A DNA stretch of 64,000 bases from assembly GCF_037042905.1 (NCBI RefSeq), contig NC_087251.1, positions 17,424,001 through 17,488,000 on the forward strand, given 5' to 3'. A program made the position numbers and the translations under genes. How positions within the stretch are numbered: position 1 is the first letter of the stretch; every line of letters begins with the position of its first letter. Below are positions 1 through 31,870 of the stretch, piece by piece. The notes beneath the pieces are model-generated. The model did no database searches. It saw nothing but the letters and a program-made list of their open reading frames with translations, and had not been told where the DNA came from. Origin of the DNA: Lytechinus pictus. Lineage: Eukaryota.

Positions 1-233
1 CAGAAATTGTTCACAAATGTCCCCAAACTAGGCACAAGCTCACGGCGGGATTTTCGTTTAACTAAGTCTAGACATGTCATGAGTTTTGACTTTTGTGATA
101 TTTTCTTCTTGGTTAAAAGTCGATCATTCGAAACTTTTTTACCACAAATTTGTGAAAGATGATTTGTTAAGAACTTAAGATACTAAAATTGGCATAGTTT
201 TTATTGTTTGTAAACAAAGTGCATAGCTTTAGT

Positions 234-688
234 CAGTAGAGGCGCACGGCCAATATTGGAGACTGTCTCCAATGTGGGAGATTATCTCCAATATCAGAGA
301 CTTTTGTAAAGAATTTGGGTATCCAATTTCAGAGACAGTCTCCAGTTTTGGAGACCAATTTCCTTTGTTTACATTTGCTGCAAAAGGATTACCTTGGCGG
401 CAAATAAAAATGTGATAAGCAGATTCCTCATGAAAAATTACCCCTTTTCACCGTCTACTTTAAAATTTCACCGTCTACTTTTGTTTTGATAAGGTCTTAA
501 GGATTTTTGTTGTCAATCACACACAAAACAAATGGGCTTCTAAGCTCAGTGAGACAAAATTTTGGGTGGAAAAAATCATGCTTTTGTTGGTGTTGTTTCT
601 TTTGTCCTTTTGCAAAGCAAGTCTCCAATGTGGGAGATTGTCTCCCCTATTGGAGAGAGTCTCCCATATTGGCCGTGCGCCTCTACTG
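234..688. mobile_element. Non-autonomous DNA transposon (MITE), CAG termini, 5-bp TSD
   Basis: TIR CAGTAGAGGCGCACGGCCAATAT at both ends; TTAGT at 229-233 and 689-693; subterminal GGAGAnnnTCTCC palindromes. Confidence 0.85.
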
Positions 689-734
689 TTAGTTTAGGTC
701 CCCCCATCATAAAACAAAGGACTTAGGGCTTTGA

Positions 735-1722
735 CAATTGGCAGAAACAAAAGGAAGAGAAAATCAAGAACGTGGCGTGTGAAGCTCGGATTAAAAAATG
801 TTAATCCCAATAAATTATGGAATTATGTCGGTTACAAGATGAAAGTTAAGCCCGAGATACCCCAGCTTCTCACAGATTCTGAGCATGGGCCAACTCTCAC
901 TCTCAGTATGAAAGTGTGAATGACCATGAGAAGGCTGAAGCATTGTTAAATCATTTCTCAAGTGTTTTTACAAATGAACCGGTAGGAGATGCTCCTATTC
1001 CATCTGACCGTGTGGTCACTTTGATGCTTGAATGCCATGGTTAAAAAAAGTTGCTTCGGTTAGATATTTCCAAGTCTCCGGGCCTAGATGATTTCCATGC
1101 ATATGTTCTTTAATCACTAGCTTCTTCTTTACTCCTTAGCTAAGCAGCTTTGTCTGAGCATTTTTTACATGTAGCTAAGCAGCTTTGTCTGAGCATTTTT
1201 TACATGTACTGTACATGTAAAAAATGCTCAGACAAAGCTGCTTAGCTAAGGAGTAAAGAAGAAGCTAGTGATTAAAGAACATATGCATGGAAATCATCTA
1301 GGCCCGGAGATGTACAACACATCAACTAGATTGGGTGTTCTTCCCACAGTATGGAAGAAGGCTCATATTTCAGCTGTTTTTAAGAGCGGTGACAAAGCTT
1401 TGCCTAATAACTACCAGCCTAACTTTATAAGTCTAGATCTAACTCGTATTCTTTGTAAAGTACAAGTTGAGTCTCCTCCCAGGTCATATCATAATTTAAA
1501 GAAAGTTAATGTTGTCTATAATCTAGAGCATGTTGATACAATGAAGGATCTGGGCATAGATCTAGATGGTGGACTTTCAATGCCCACATACAAAAAATTG
1601 TGTCAAAAGCGAACAGGCTAGCAGGTTTGGTAAGGAGGTCATTTGTGTTTTTGGATGAAGATATGTTTAAGAGACTTTTTAAGGCTTTTGTTCGGCCTCA
1701 TCTGGTCATGCTGTTTGGAATC
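735..1722 (+). mobile_element. Degenerate CR1/L2-clade LINE ORF2 fragment
   Basis: Frameshifted pieces NPNKLWNYV, DHEKAEALLNHFSSVFT, ISKSPGLDDFH, LPTVWKKAHISAVFKSGDK, KDLGIDLD, KRLFKAFVRPHL; central RT motifs missing. Confidence 0.8.
1075..1310. repeat. Perfect 99-bp inverted duplication with a 35-bp tandem duplication
   Basis: 1075-1173 is the reverse complement of 1212-1310; 1139-1173 equals 1174-1208. Confidence 0.93.
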
Positions 1723-3106
1723 CTAACCCTAACCCAGGGACAAGAAAAAAAAATAGGGTTATCACCACAAATGTAATGTTATTTCGACCAAATAAATTTG
1801 ACAAGCAAAAAAGGGGGGGGGGGGAGTTATCACCGAAAAAGTAAAGTCATCTCGTCCAAAATAATATTTTATTTCGATTTTGAATGATGTATTTCTTTCC
1901 ATCATAAAATACCAAAAATAGTAGGGGGGACATTTGATATTGTGTCCCCCCTACATTTCTGGGTAGGGAGGACGCGTCCCCCCCCCCCCCTGGGATTTCT
2001 GCCCACGAATCCAGTACAAAGTAAGTATTTGGCTGAATTTCATTCAAAATTCATTTGATTATTATTAAAAGAATTAATTCATGAATTACAATGAAGTTAG
2101 GTAGATGTCTATTTTGCACTATTTTCATGAAGATGTGAAAATATCACAGTTCAAATGATGAAGTGGTTTCTGAGATAGAAAAATCTCGAGGCCTCTTTAC
2201 TAAAAACTGAAAAAGGAGTAAGATTAAAGATATATTGTTGTGATTTCCTAAAGCTCAAAACTATTATTTTTAGGGCATTATCATACTCGCCGAAATTGGA
2301 AACCAGCATGAAAAACGGGAGAATTTTCCATTAGAGTTGTATGTTAGTTCCCATTTCGGCGAGTATTTTATAGAGAGTTTTCTGGTGAGATTTATTTCGT
2401 CTGATGATTCTGACGAAACAATTCTCACTAGTAAGCCTAGTTTTGGTAAATCATAAAAAGTTTATAATTCCTTATTTGACCAAATAATGCCTTGCGAGGG
2501 GTGGTCTTTCATCGTCAATGTCATTAAAAAAAGGGTCCACCGGTGGAATTTTTAGCCAGATGAATATCGCGGAAGGAAAGCTTCACAATAATTGCTAACA
2601 AAGCATTTTGCATCAATTCCTTTTGAAAATCGATGGAGCAAGGATTCTTCACACATTGCATTGAATCAATGAAACTAAAAGTTCCTTTTTTCTTTTTTTT
2701 TAATACTTTATTTGTGCCTGTGTGTGTAAAAATTATGACATCTTTGGTTTTCACATAACTGTTCGTAATTGGCAGAGCCTCTGTCCAAGAGCATACGAGT
2801 AGTGGAATATAACAAATAGGAAGAAATATAACTTAATCTTGGGAGAATGCATTACTGCTGCCCTTGTAAGTGGTAAAACTTTGCTAATGTTTGTGGATAA
2901 TCAACTGGGTGACCAAAATCTTTATGCAGCTCATGCTTACTTCTCTTTATGTTGATTAAGCTCTCTACAGACTATTGATGCACTTCTACTACCGTACACA
3001 ACAAATCCTCAGAAAATGAATCATGTACAAAAATCAATCCTATGTGCGATTGCTGAAAATACCAACCAAACACAGTCACAACTTATCTTTTGTTTATATT
3101 CTGCAG

Positions 3107-23921
<20,815 letters not shown>

Positions 23922-24155
23922 CAGTAACATTCACAAGGCACTAACTTGAAGCTTGAATGGCAAACACTTCTCCTTACTACATATGAATTAAAGTATAAAG
24001 GCTTTCATTGAGAGTAGTGACCCAACATTTGCTCCTGCATCAATTCTTGATTTCTGTGAAGATTAACCCATTGAGGTACAAAACTTTCTATATTAATCTT
24101 GACTATTCTTTTTATATAAAAGGAATGATACTTGAAAGTCAATTTTTCAATTTAA

Positions 24156-25067
24156 GGACGTTCCCCAGTTTGTGGGCATCCCTATCTGCGCATATAATTT
24201 TACGCCATGTGTGTTGATGTCACAATAAGTGAACAGGTTGAGTAATCAGCTGCAGGTAACAGTTCATTTTTCCAGTCATTGGCACTCTAACAGCAAATCT
24301 TGATATGATATTTTACGAAGCTATTACCTGAAAAAAATCTATGGACCACTTTTTAAATGCCTGTATCCCTTCAGAATACTTTACTCTGCAGTGCTGCGAA
24401 GTATGACGAATATGACCTCGAGTTTGATTAAATGGGATAGTGCTGTAGAATTTCCTTTATGTAGATACATGCCTTTTGACACGTTTTCGCATTTTTAAAA
24501 GCATATTTGCTCAACAAAAGTACTAATAGTTTGAAAACAAGCACATGAACCCCCAGTTTTAAATATATTAACACCTCTTTAGTGTACAAAATTTGGTGAA
24601 AATGACATGGGTTTTAATAAAATGTAGCATTTATTGTATTTCTTGAATTTTTACATAAATTTCAATTTTTTTTAGATATGTTTTTGTCGTCTTTCACACC
24701 TTATTTTCAAAATTGAATGTGCTGCTACTCTTTAAGAGGGAAGGAATATCAATATAAGTGGATTCTTTATCTCAAGTATATAAGTCTGAACTATGATGTA
24801 AAATTTTGTGAAATTTAGACTGATTTTGACTGAGTAATAGAGGTTTAAACTCAACGCTGTGCTCTCATAGGGTCTAAAATGCAAAGTTATTTTTATTGCG
24901 TACTTCTTGAGACCTTTCAAATGAGTAAACTTCAAGGCTCAATAGCAAAAACTCAAGCATATGAACCCATGTAAATTTCTGCATATTTGGAATATTTAAG
25001 TACTACAGAAACTCCGGGCAAAATTTGGTGACAATGACATGGATTTCAATTTAACTGTGGAACGTCC
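24156..25067 (+). mobile_element. Kolobok-like non-autonomous element
   Basis: TTAA|GGACGTTCCCCAGTT ... AACTGTGGAACGTCC|TTAA; a homologous copy lies at 38954-39889. Confidence 0.85.
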
Positions 25068-27003
25068 TTAAATAGTAACTAAATATTTTCTCATAATTGT
25101 GAGAATGTGGTTAGGTAAAGCGCTGGGTAATAATATATTTGGCCTGATGTGCAGACTATATGCAGCAAAAGCCACTGCCTTGAATCACTAGAATTCATCT
25201 CTTCCAGTGGCCATAGTGAGAGAAGTAATTTGCAACCTCATCTAGGGGGCCTGTGTTTTATGACAAGTAACATGATAAAAATTTTCCAGTGCTGAACTGT
25301 AGACAATTTTCTGAAGGGGGACTGTTTTTTAATGGATCTTCACAGTAACATATATGTGTATATAACATATATAAATGTTGGTGCAAGCTCATCCCTCAGT
25401 CGCAGATGCAAGTATCTGAAACAGTACACAGCCAAAGTATTGACCTCTAATAATGGTTTTTGAAGACAGATTGTAAAAAATGAAGAAGGGAAGTTCAAGA
25501 AAAGTGTTGTAATTTCATATCAAAGAACTGTTCAAATTAATTTCATAAGTGTTGCTGTGATCAGCTTGACCACAATCACATATGTGGTAGGGAAGAGTGT
25601 TATGTTACTGAATGCTACCGTGCCGTAGAAAAAGTTAATTTCTAATTGGTCTACACCTGCTTTGTTGACTTATCGCTTAGTCAAATCCTAGGTCATCGTT
25701 TTCATTTGACAGAGTTGAAATTAGACCAGCTGGCCACAAGACCAAATGAGAATAGAGTACCGAAATGACATAAAATGATAAAATACCTCTACAACCCAAA
25801 TTTGGTGGGAATCAGTCCATGGGGGCCTTAGATATGACCTCATGAATACATAATTAGCCCCATTGAAGTCAATGTATCATTGGCCTGGTACTCTATTAGA
25901 CTAAGTGGGTACACCAAATTGATAGTAGACCAAATGGGTTTATCCCAATATATGTGAAAAAGACCAAGTTAATATAAATCGTAGAAAAATGGTGCGTTCA
26001 AACTTGAAATAGATTTATTGTTATAGCAATCCAGCTTTTATATTGTTCCTTGATAGGTTAACATATTAACACTGTACAAAATGAGAAAAATGTAGTCATG
26101 CATTGTATATATTTTGATATTACTTGTATTTAAATCAAAACATGGTATTAGCATAACTATTGTGTAGTGTGATTTTAATTAAAATTACTAGACCATGATA
26201 GGATTATGTCTGCATTGGGAATATTATTGATTGTATTTTTTCTTTGTGACAACTGGATTGTTTACAACAGTTTGTATTTAAAGGCCCCAATTAGTGGTCA
26301 TGATGCCCTTCTCATTTTTATCAAAGTTTAGGTCCTTGTTCTCTCATAAAAGCTTACCTCAAATAACTCATTAGGCCTACTGGCCTTAGTACCCTGCTGT
26401 GTGGCCTATTTGAAAATGTGCTCCTCAAAAATCCTATTTGGAGGCCTGTTTTGTACATAATAAATCCTTTTTAATTAATTGAATTCCAAGATCCCTCACC
26501 ATGTATCACATCTGCTACTTACAATTTCATTGCAAAAAGAAAATCCTTGAACATATTTTTATCAATTTTGTATATATCGGAATTGCTCAGTATTGATATG
26601 ATAAACAAAGGGGGCATGCTATCTAAATCCCGCCCTAATAGTAACTCACTATTAGGTAGTTAGATTGTGCTCTTTCCTTGTCAGTTAAAATTGGTAGGGG
26701 GCATTGTTCAAACTCAATTTGTATGATGTTTTATATGTATTCATTGTTATTTTGGCTGTACATCATGGTGCTTCCTTTCTGTTAAATTGTGTCACCTAAA
26801 CTAAATGATTAAGTGCCTTGTCCTGTATGTGACCAAACATAACCCACACAATTTGGAGAGAGTATCTTTCTGGAGATTGATATTCCTCTACTGAAAAGTG
26901 TGAAGTCATGAAATTCAACCAATTTTGTATTATGTATCTCAGGTTCCATTGAACTTTTACTTTGATAAACACATTTATTGTGGGTTTGACATAGGTGATC
27001 ACA

Positions 27004-27388
27004 TATTATACAAATAATGCACGTAAACGCGTGCATGCAGGGCCAAATAATGAACGATGTGCGAGAAGAGCCAATGGAGTGCAGTATATCCATTTGGCGA
27101 GTCGAGCACAGAGTTCATTATTTAGGTCCTCTATGCACAATAATGCATGCATTGTTTGTTTTATACAACCCCTCCCTCATGTTACTGAGTTGCCCCGAAT
27201 GCTATATTTGACCTAAATTCAAGATAATTCCAGACCTTGCACTATCCTGCACTCTGACGTCAGAGTGCAGGGTAGTGCATTTGGTATGACATCAGAGTGC
27301 ATTTTGGATGCAATAGTGCAATTCGCTGAATATCATGTGGTCCGATTTGGACCAATCAGATTACAGAACATTCTAGGGAGTTGTATAA
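27004..27388. mobile_element. Crypton-like palindromic element
   Basis: Imperfect hairpin 27004-27165, ttatacaac / gttgtataa inverted pair, ccaatcaga near the end. Confidence 0.4.
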
Positions 27389-27822
27389 TGTACAATACTG
27401 TACTTGTGCACATAGTTCATTGTTTTTTAATATGAACCAAAATATAGATAATGCGCTGCACTGAATGACCTACTTTTCCTGAAGCTACGCGCTCAGCGGA
27501 ATGCAGATTTTGTGCCTGCGCCCAGAGATTGCGCGATCTGTGTCAATGATCTATGACATCAATTATTGACGTCACGGAAAAGTAATTTTTCTTCAGTGGG
27601 TGTTTCATTTTCAACATCATCACAAAATAGTGAGAATATGTCTGGTCTCATGATGCTATTTAAACCAATCAGCAAACATGATTTAATTCATGTAAGATTT
27701 AAAACTAATTATAGAACTCTATAAAATATTTGAACCGATACATGAAATCTTTTCCACAATTGTTTTTCCATTTATCACAACCTAGTTAGTGTACTTTATG
27801 AAATTCTTCAGATGAATACCTG

Positions 27823-27968
27823 GGGCCTGTTGCAGAAAACGTTTGCCATAAAAAAAAATTCTGGCAAACAAACACAATCCCTGGCAAACAAAATTGTGTC
27901 ATTGACAGTAACACATTGAAAAACTCTGCCAAAAAATTTGCCAGTTATTTTTTTTGTGCAACAGGCCC
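27823..27968. mobile_element. Short MITE (PIF/Harbinger-like)
   Basis: ctg|GGGCCTGTTGCA ... TGCAACAGGCCC|cag. Confidence 0.6.
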
Positions 27969-29284
27969 CAGTGTGGCAATTTTTGGCAAATCATTTTAGT
28001 CTAAGCATCAATTACAAAGGAGCATATATATTTGTACAGTATTACTTTTTTGTAAGAAAACAATGCTAAAAAGTGTTGCCTTTTTTTTTATTGTGATCAT
28101 TCTTGTGTTTACGATGTCCATGTATATACCAATTTCACCTTTGTAAATATGCAAAAATTTGTCAGGAAAATATCACGTTATATATCAATGTAAATCAGAG
28201 TGTGTTAATGTATGATTTCTGCATTTAAAAACGTTTTTGGAAGCGTTTGTGTGTGTGTGCTCATGAGGTTTCAAAATAAATATAATTAGTTTGAGGTTTG
28301 TAGTAGTAACAATATTATGCAACATTCTGTACGTGCTTGTCAAACCCAAACTTGCTCAAAAATGTGATTTCATGTACAAAATGTGTTTCATCTAAAAATT
28401 CACAAATTAGTATTTAATTTCACTTTAATGCGCTATTTTTGGCTAAATTAAATGCCGCCAAATTTTGTCTAAATAAGTAAATTGTTCAAAATGCTATATA
28501 GAATATTTTCATTTAACTATTGGATTTTGGTTAATTAGAGCAAGTAACGTAATTAATTCATATAAAATTATATGTAGGGCAATTTACCTATGTAACCGCA
28601 TAAAACGCCAAATTCAGTGTCCATTCCACAACCTAGAAACATATATAGTCAAACACAAAGTATACTAAAGTGGTGTTAGCTGTGCTCTATCAAAATAAGG
28701 CCTTGTTTTATTGCATCTTCATTCCTGATAGTACACCCATCAAAAATATATGTACAAACTCATTTATTTACAAGAAAGATATGGAACTTAATAACAGACC
28801 ACCATGCAAATATACAAGTACATAATTCAACAAAAAAAGTTTCACAGGCAAACCCCGTATATAAAGGGTGTGTGCAAGAAATATTTGCAATCGATTGCAC
28901 ATTACAGTTGCAAATTTTTAAGTGATAGATCAATGTCAACTACAGTAAATCAATATATACTTGTGAGTACATGAAGCAGACCAGCAATCAATTGCAAGTT
29001 ATATGACACCCAGATAGATCCTTGTCATTTGATTGGTTGGTTGATATCAATCATTCAGCCCATTTTACGACGTCGTCAACCATGCAATTTTAGATCCATT
29101 CATCATGCAATTTTGGATCCATACGATTTGTCCATTGCACGCGTGCACCGAGAATGCAGGCACCACTTGTGTTTGCAGCATGCATGTTGTATGTACGCGA
29201 TAATCAACAGACCAAGCTCCTCACACTGCATGAGCAAATGAGCATCAAAATTTCAAATGAAAAAGAATCAATTGCTAGGTGTCA

Positions 29285-29463
29285 TATAAACCAAATAATG
29301 AATGTTATTTCCATTTGTGCAATGGACAGAATACCTCATTCGGTGAAAGATGAAATGAATGATCCATTCAACTCGGCTATGCTTCGTTGAATGGATCATT
29401 TCATCTCTCACCTCGTGAAGTATTCTGTCCATTGCACTCATTAAAATTCATTATTTGTATAAT
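29285..29463. mobile_element. Palindromic Crypton/Eulor-like element
   Basis: Arms gtgcaatggacagaatac / gtattctgtccattgcac and atgatccattcaac / gttgaatggatcat around ctcggctatgcttcg. Confidence 0.65.
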
Positions 29464-30055
29464 ATTTAATTGATTTGGGGACCTGAAATTGACTTGCAAT
29501 CAATTGCAAGTATCTTGCAACACTCCAGAAATGATACAAAATGAAGGGCATCATAAAATAATCACCCATTACATCCTGTTTAACAATCAATATTGGGTGA
29601 GCTGGAGCACGCTTTCGCAATTACAGTAAATGTATTTAGAATACACCATAATTAGGTATCATTAAATAAGAAAATCATAGTATGACACACATTCATTTAC
29701 AAATGATATTCACTGAGTACTAATTAGACAAACTGTGAATTTGAGGGCCCATCAACATAAAAGCAATTATGGAATGTTTTTAAAACATACAATACTGCAA
29801 TAACTTTATTTCAAAACTATACAACAATGCTCATAAAGAGATACTTCCAACAACTAAATCATTAACCATCATCTTAGTTCAGTACTTTTAAGAAAATGAA
29901 ATCCTCCCTTTTTATGAGAAGTTTATCCAGTCAACCTTTCGAGTTGGGTTTACCGGACTACTAAGAAATGATCATTTGTAAGCAACGAGATGACTTTACA
30001 TCTTATCAGGGCTCCGTAACAAGAGGTTAGTGATTGATCGTATCTCTTTTAAATT

Positions 30056-30443
30056 TGGTGGATTCACAATACGGTGCACCGTCTATCAGTTGCAGCGGAC
30101 AGGCCAATTTTTCATTTCAGGGTTAACATTGCGCGCAGGCATCGCACAGTGCTAGTGTACTGTACTGTGAGCGTAAAAAATGAAAACCATATGGCAAAAG
30201 CGGAGGAAGAATCCACAGAAAACAATCTAAATTTTGAAAAGAAATGTGGCAAATTTCTCTTTCACCTGGTAAACAGCATGATTTTATGCAATCCAGCCGA
30301 GCCGCACCAGCCAGCGCAGCATATTCACATGCATACACTGTACTCGTGGGCACAACAGATGTCGACCTTTTCCCATGAGGCATTGCAAATTTTGGCATTT
30401 CCACTGCAACCAATGGGTGGCTCACCGTATTGTGAATCCACCA
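30056..30443. mobile_element. Unclassified MITE, TGGTGG termini, 3-bp TSD
   Basis: ATT|TGGTGGATTCACAATACGGTG ... CACCGTATTGTGAATCCACCA|ATT. Confidence 0.75.
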
Positions 30444-31736
30444 ATTCTTTGTGAAGCCTATTGGAAGAAACTTTGTCAAGCAATCCTCATCGTTAGGAAA
30501 CTTTAAATTGATTAGGTTTAGTATATCATTATGCATAGCGAGTTTTATATAATGACATCATCATAATCACAAATAGTTATCCACCTATTATTGTTCAAAA
30601 AATTTTAGAACTTAAAAAATGATGCACCATTAATTCAAATCCCAGAGTGAAATTTCTGCAAAAAAAGCAAAGAGAATATTGTGGAGGTGGGAGTTCAATT
30701 TCACTTGGATTTTACTCAAAAGAAGGTGGCAAGTAGTAAAAAAATAAACTCAAATATTGTCCAATACCAATTATGGAGCTAATACATCTAGTACCATCTT
30801 AAAGTAATGGCAATACTGCATAGAATCTCATTTCAAGGTATTCTCAAAACAAATCATGAACCTCATTTTTAAAGGCAACAAAATGCTTGACTCTGTAGTC
30901 TTTATGATCTTTCCCAAATTCATCTTATTCAATGAAATCATAGAAAAACGAACACACAAATTTCATTCAAGGTAGTTTACGAACTGAAAATTTCAAAAAT
31001 ATATATACGAATCACATGCAAATGGAAACAGAAAAGAATGGGACACATACATTTACAGGTGAAAAATGCATTCCTTTCCCCCACGACAAAACAGGTGAAA
31101 TATCTGCATGGGCTTTCAAAATTATCTTTTGATACATCAAGGCAATTTCTATTACATAGAAATGACAATTTCTGATGACCTGGGGAGTGTTTCATGAAAC
31201 GCTCTTCTGGGCGATGCAACACTAAACTATTCAATTAATCGCAAGATTGTTTGTATGATTGACTGCAATGATCATTAATGTTCTTATTAACTGTACAATC
31301 CATCATTACACTTTGTGTCATGGGGCCTTCATCAAAATATTACATTAGAGTGGCATACAATCTCTATACCTGGTACACACAATATGGAAAGCCTCAAGAC
31401 AAAAACACAAATACACTATCATATTCTGCATAAAAAAAAGAGTTGCGATTGGTCCGATCAATCACAACTATGGACAGCCAGCAACGTCAACATCTACTAT
31501 GCATGTTTGTTCAAAATACTATGATGTATATTCATGCGTTCATTGTTTTCTTGAAAATTCACTATGCTTCTCTTTGCTTACAATGGACATTCTGCAAATT
31601 TTTTGTAGAAAAAATTATGACATCTTACAAAGAGTTACGATTGATTGGATCAATTGTAGCACAAATGGAAAGACCTGGATATCAAATTAAAATGACATGA
31701 TTTAGAAACTCATAAACAGGGGGTTGGGGGGATACA

Positions 31737-31870
31737 CTAGTATTCAGGACTACCGGAAGCTCCTTCTTGTGGACTATAAGCTGTACTCCAAAGTCTATTA
31801 GGGGATTTCCCTGCCCTTCTTTGTCGTATTGAATCAGATCTGTATGGACTCTGCTGGTACTCTGTAAAAC
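31737..31870 (-). CDS. NUP210: NUP210 terminal coding exon
   Basis: tttag| FTEYQQSPYRSDSIRQRRAGKSPNRLWSTAYSPQEGASGSPEY stop; LWSxAY resembles the vertebrate gp210 C-terminus. Confidence 0.85.

Noticed and set aside
1724..1735. taaccctaaccc telomere-like sequence
   Set aside because: Only two units at a LINE/repeat junction; too short to call an interstitial telomere.
1..3100. BUB1 first exon with KEN1 and promoter
   Set aside because: No KEN-box exon or start context was found; the region is mostly repeats, so the 5' end probably lies upstream of the window.
30074..30536. 126-aa and 137-aa ORFs as an intergenic gene
   Set aside because: They coincide with a TIR-bounded MITE and lack splice or homology support.
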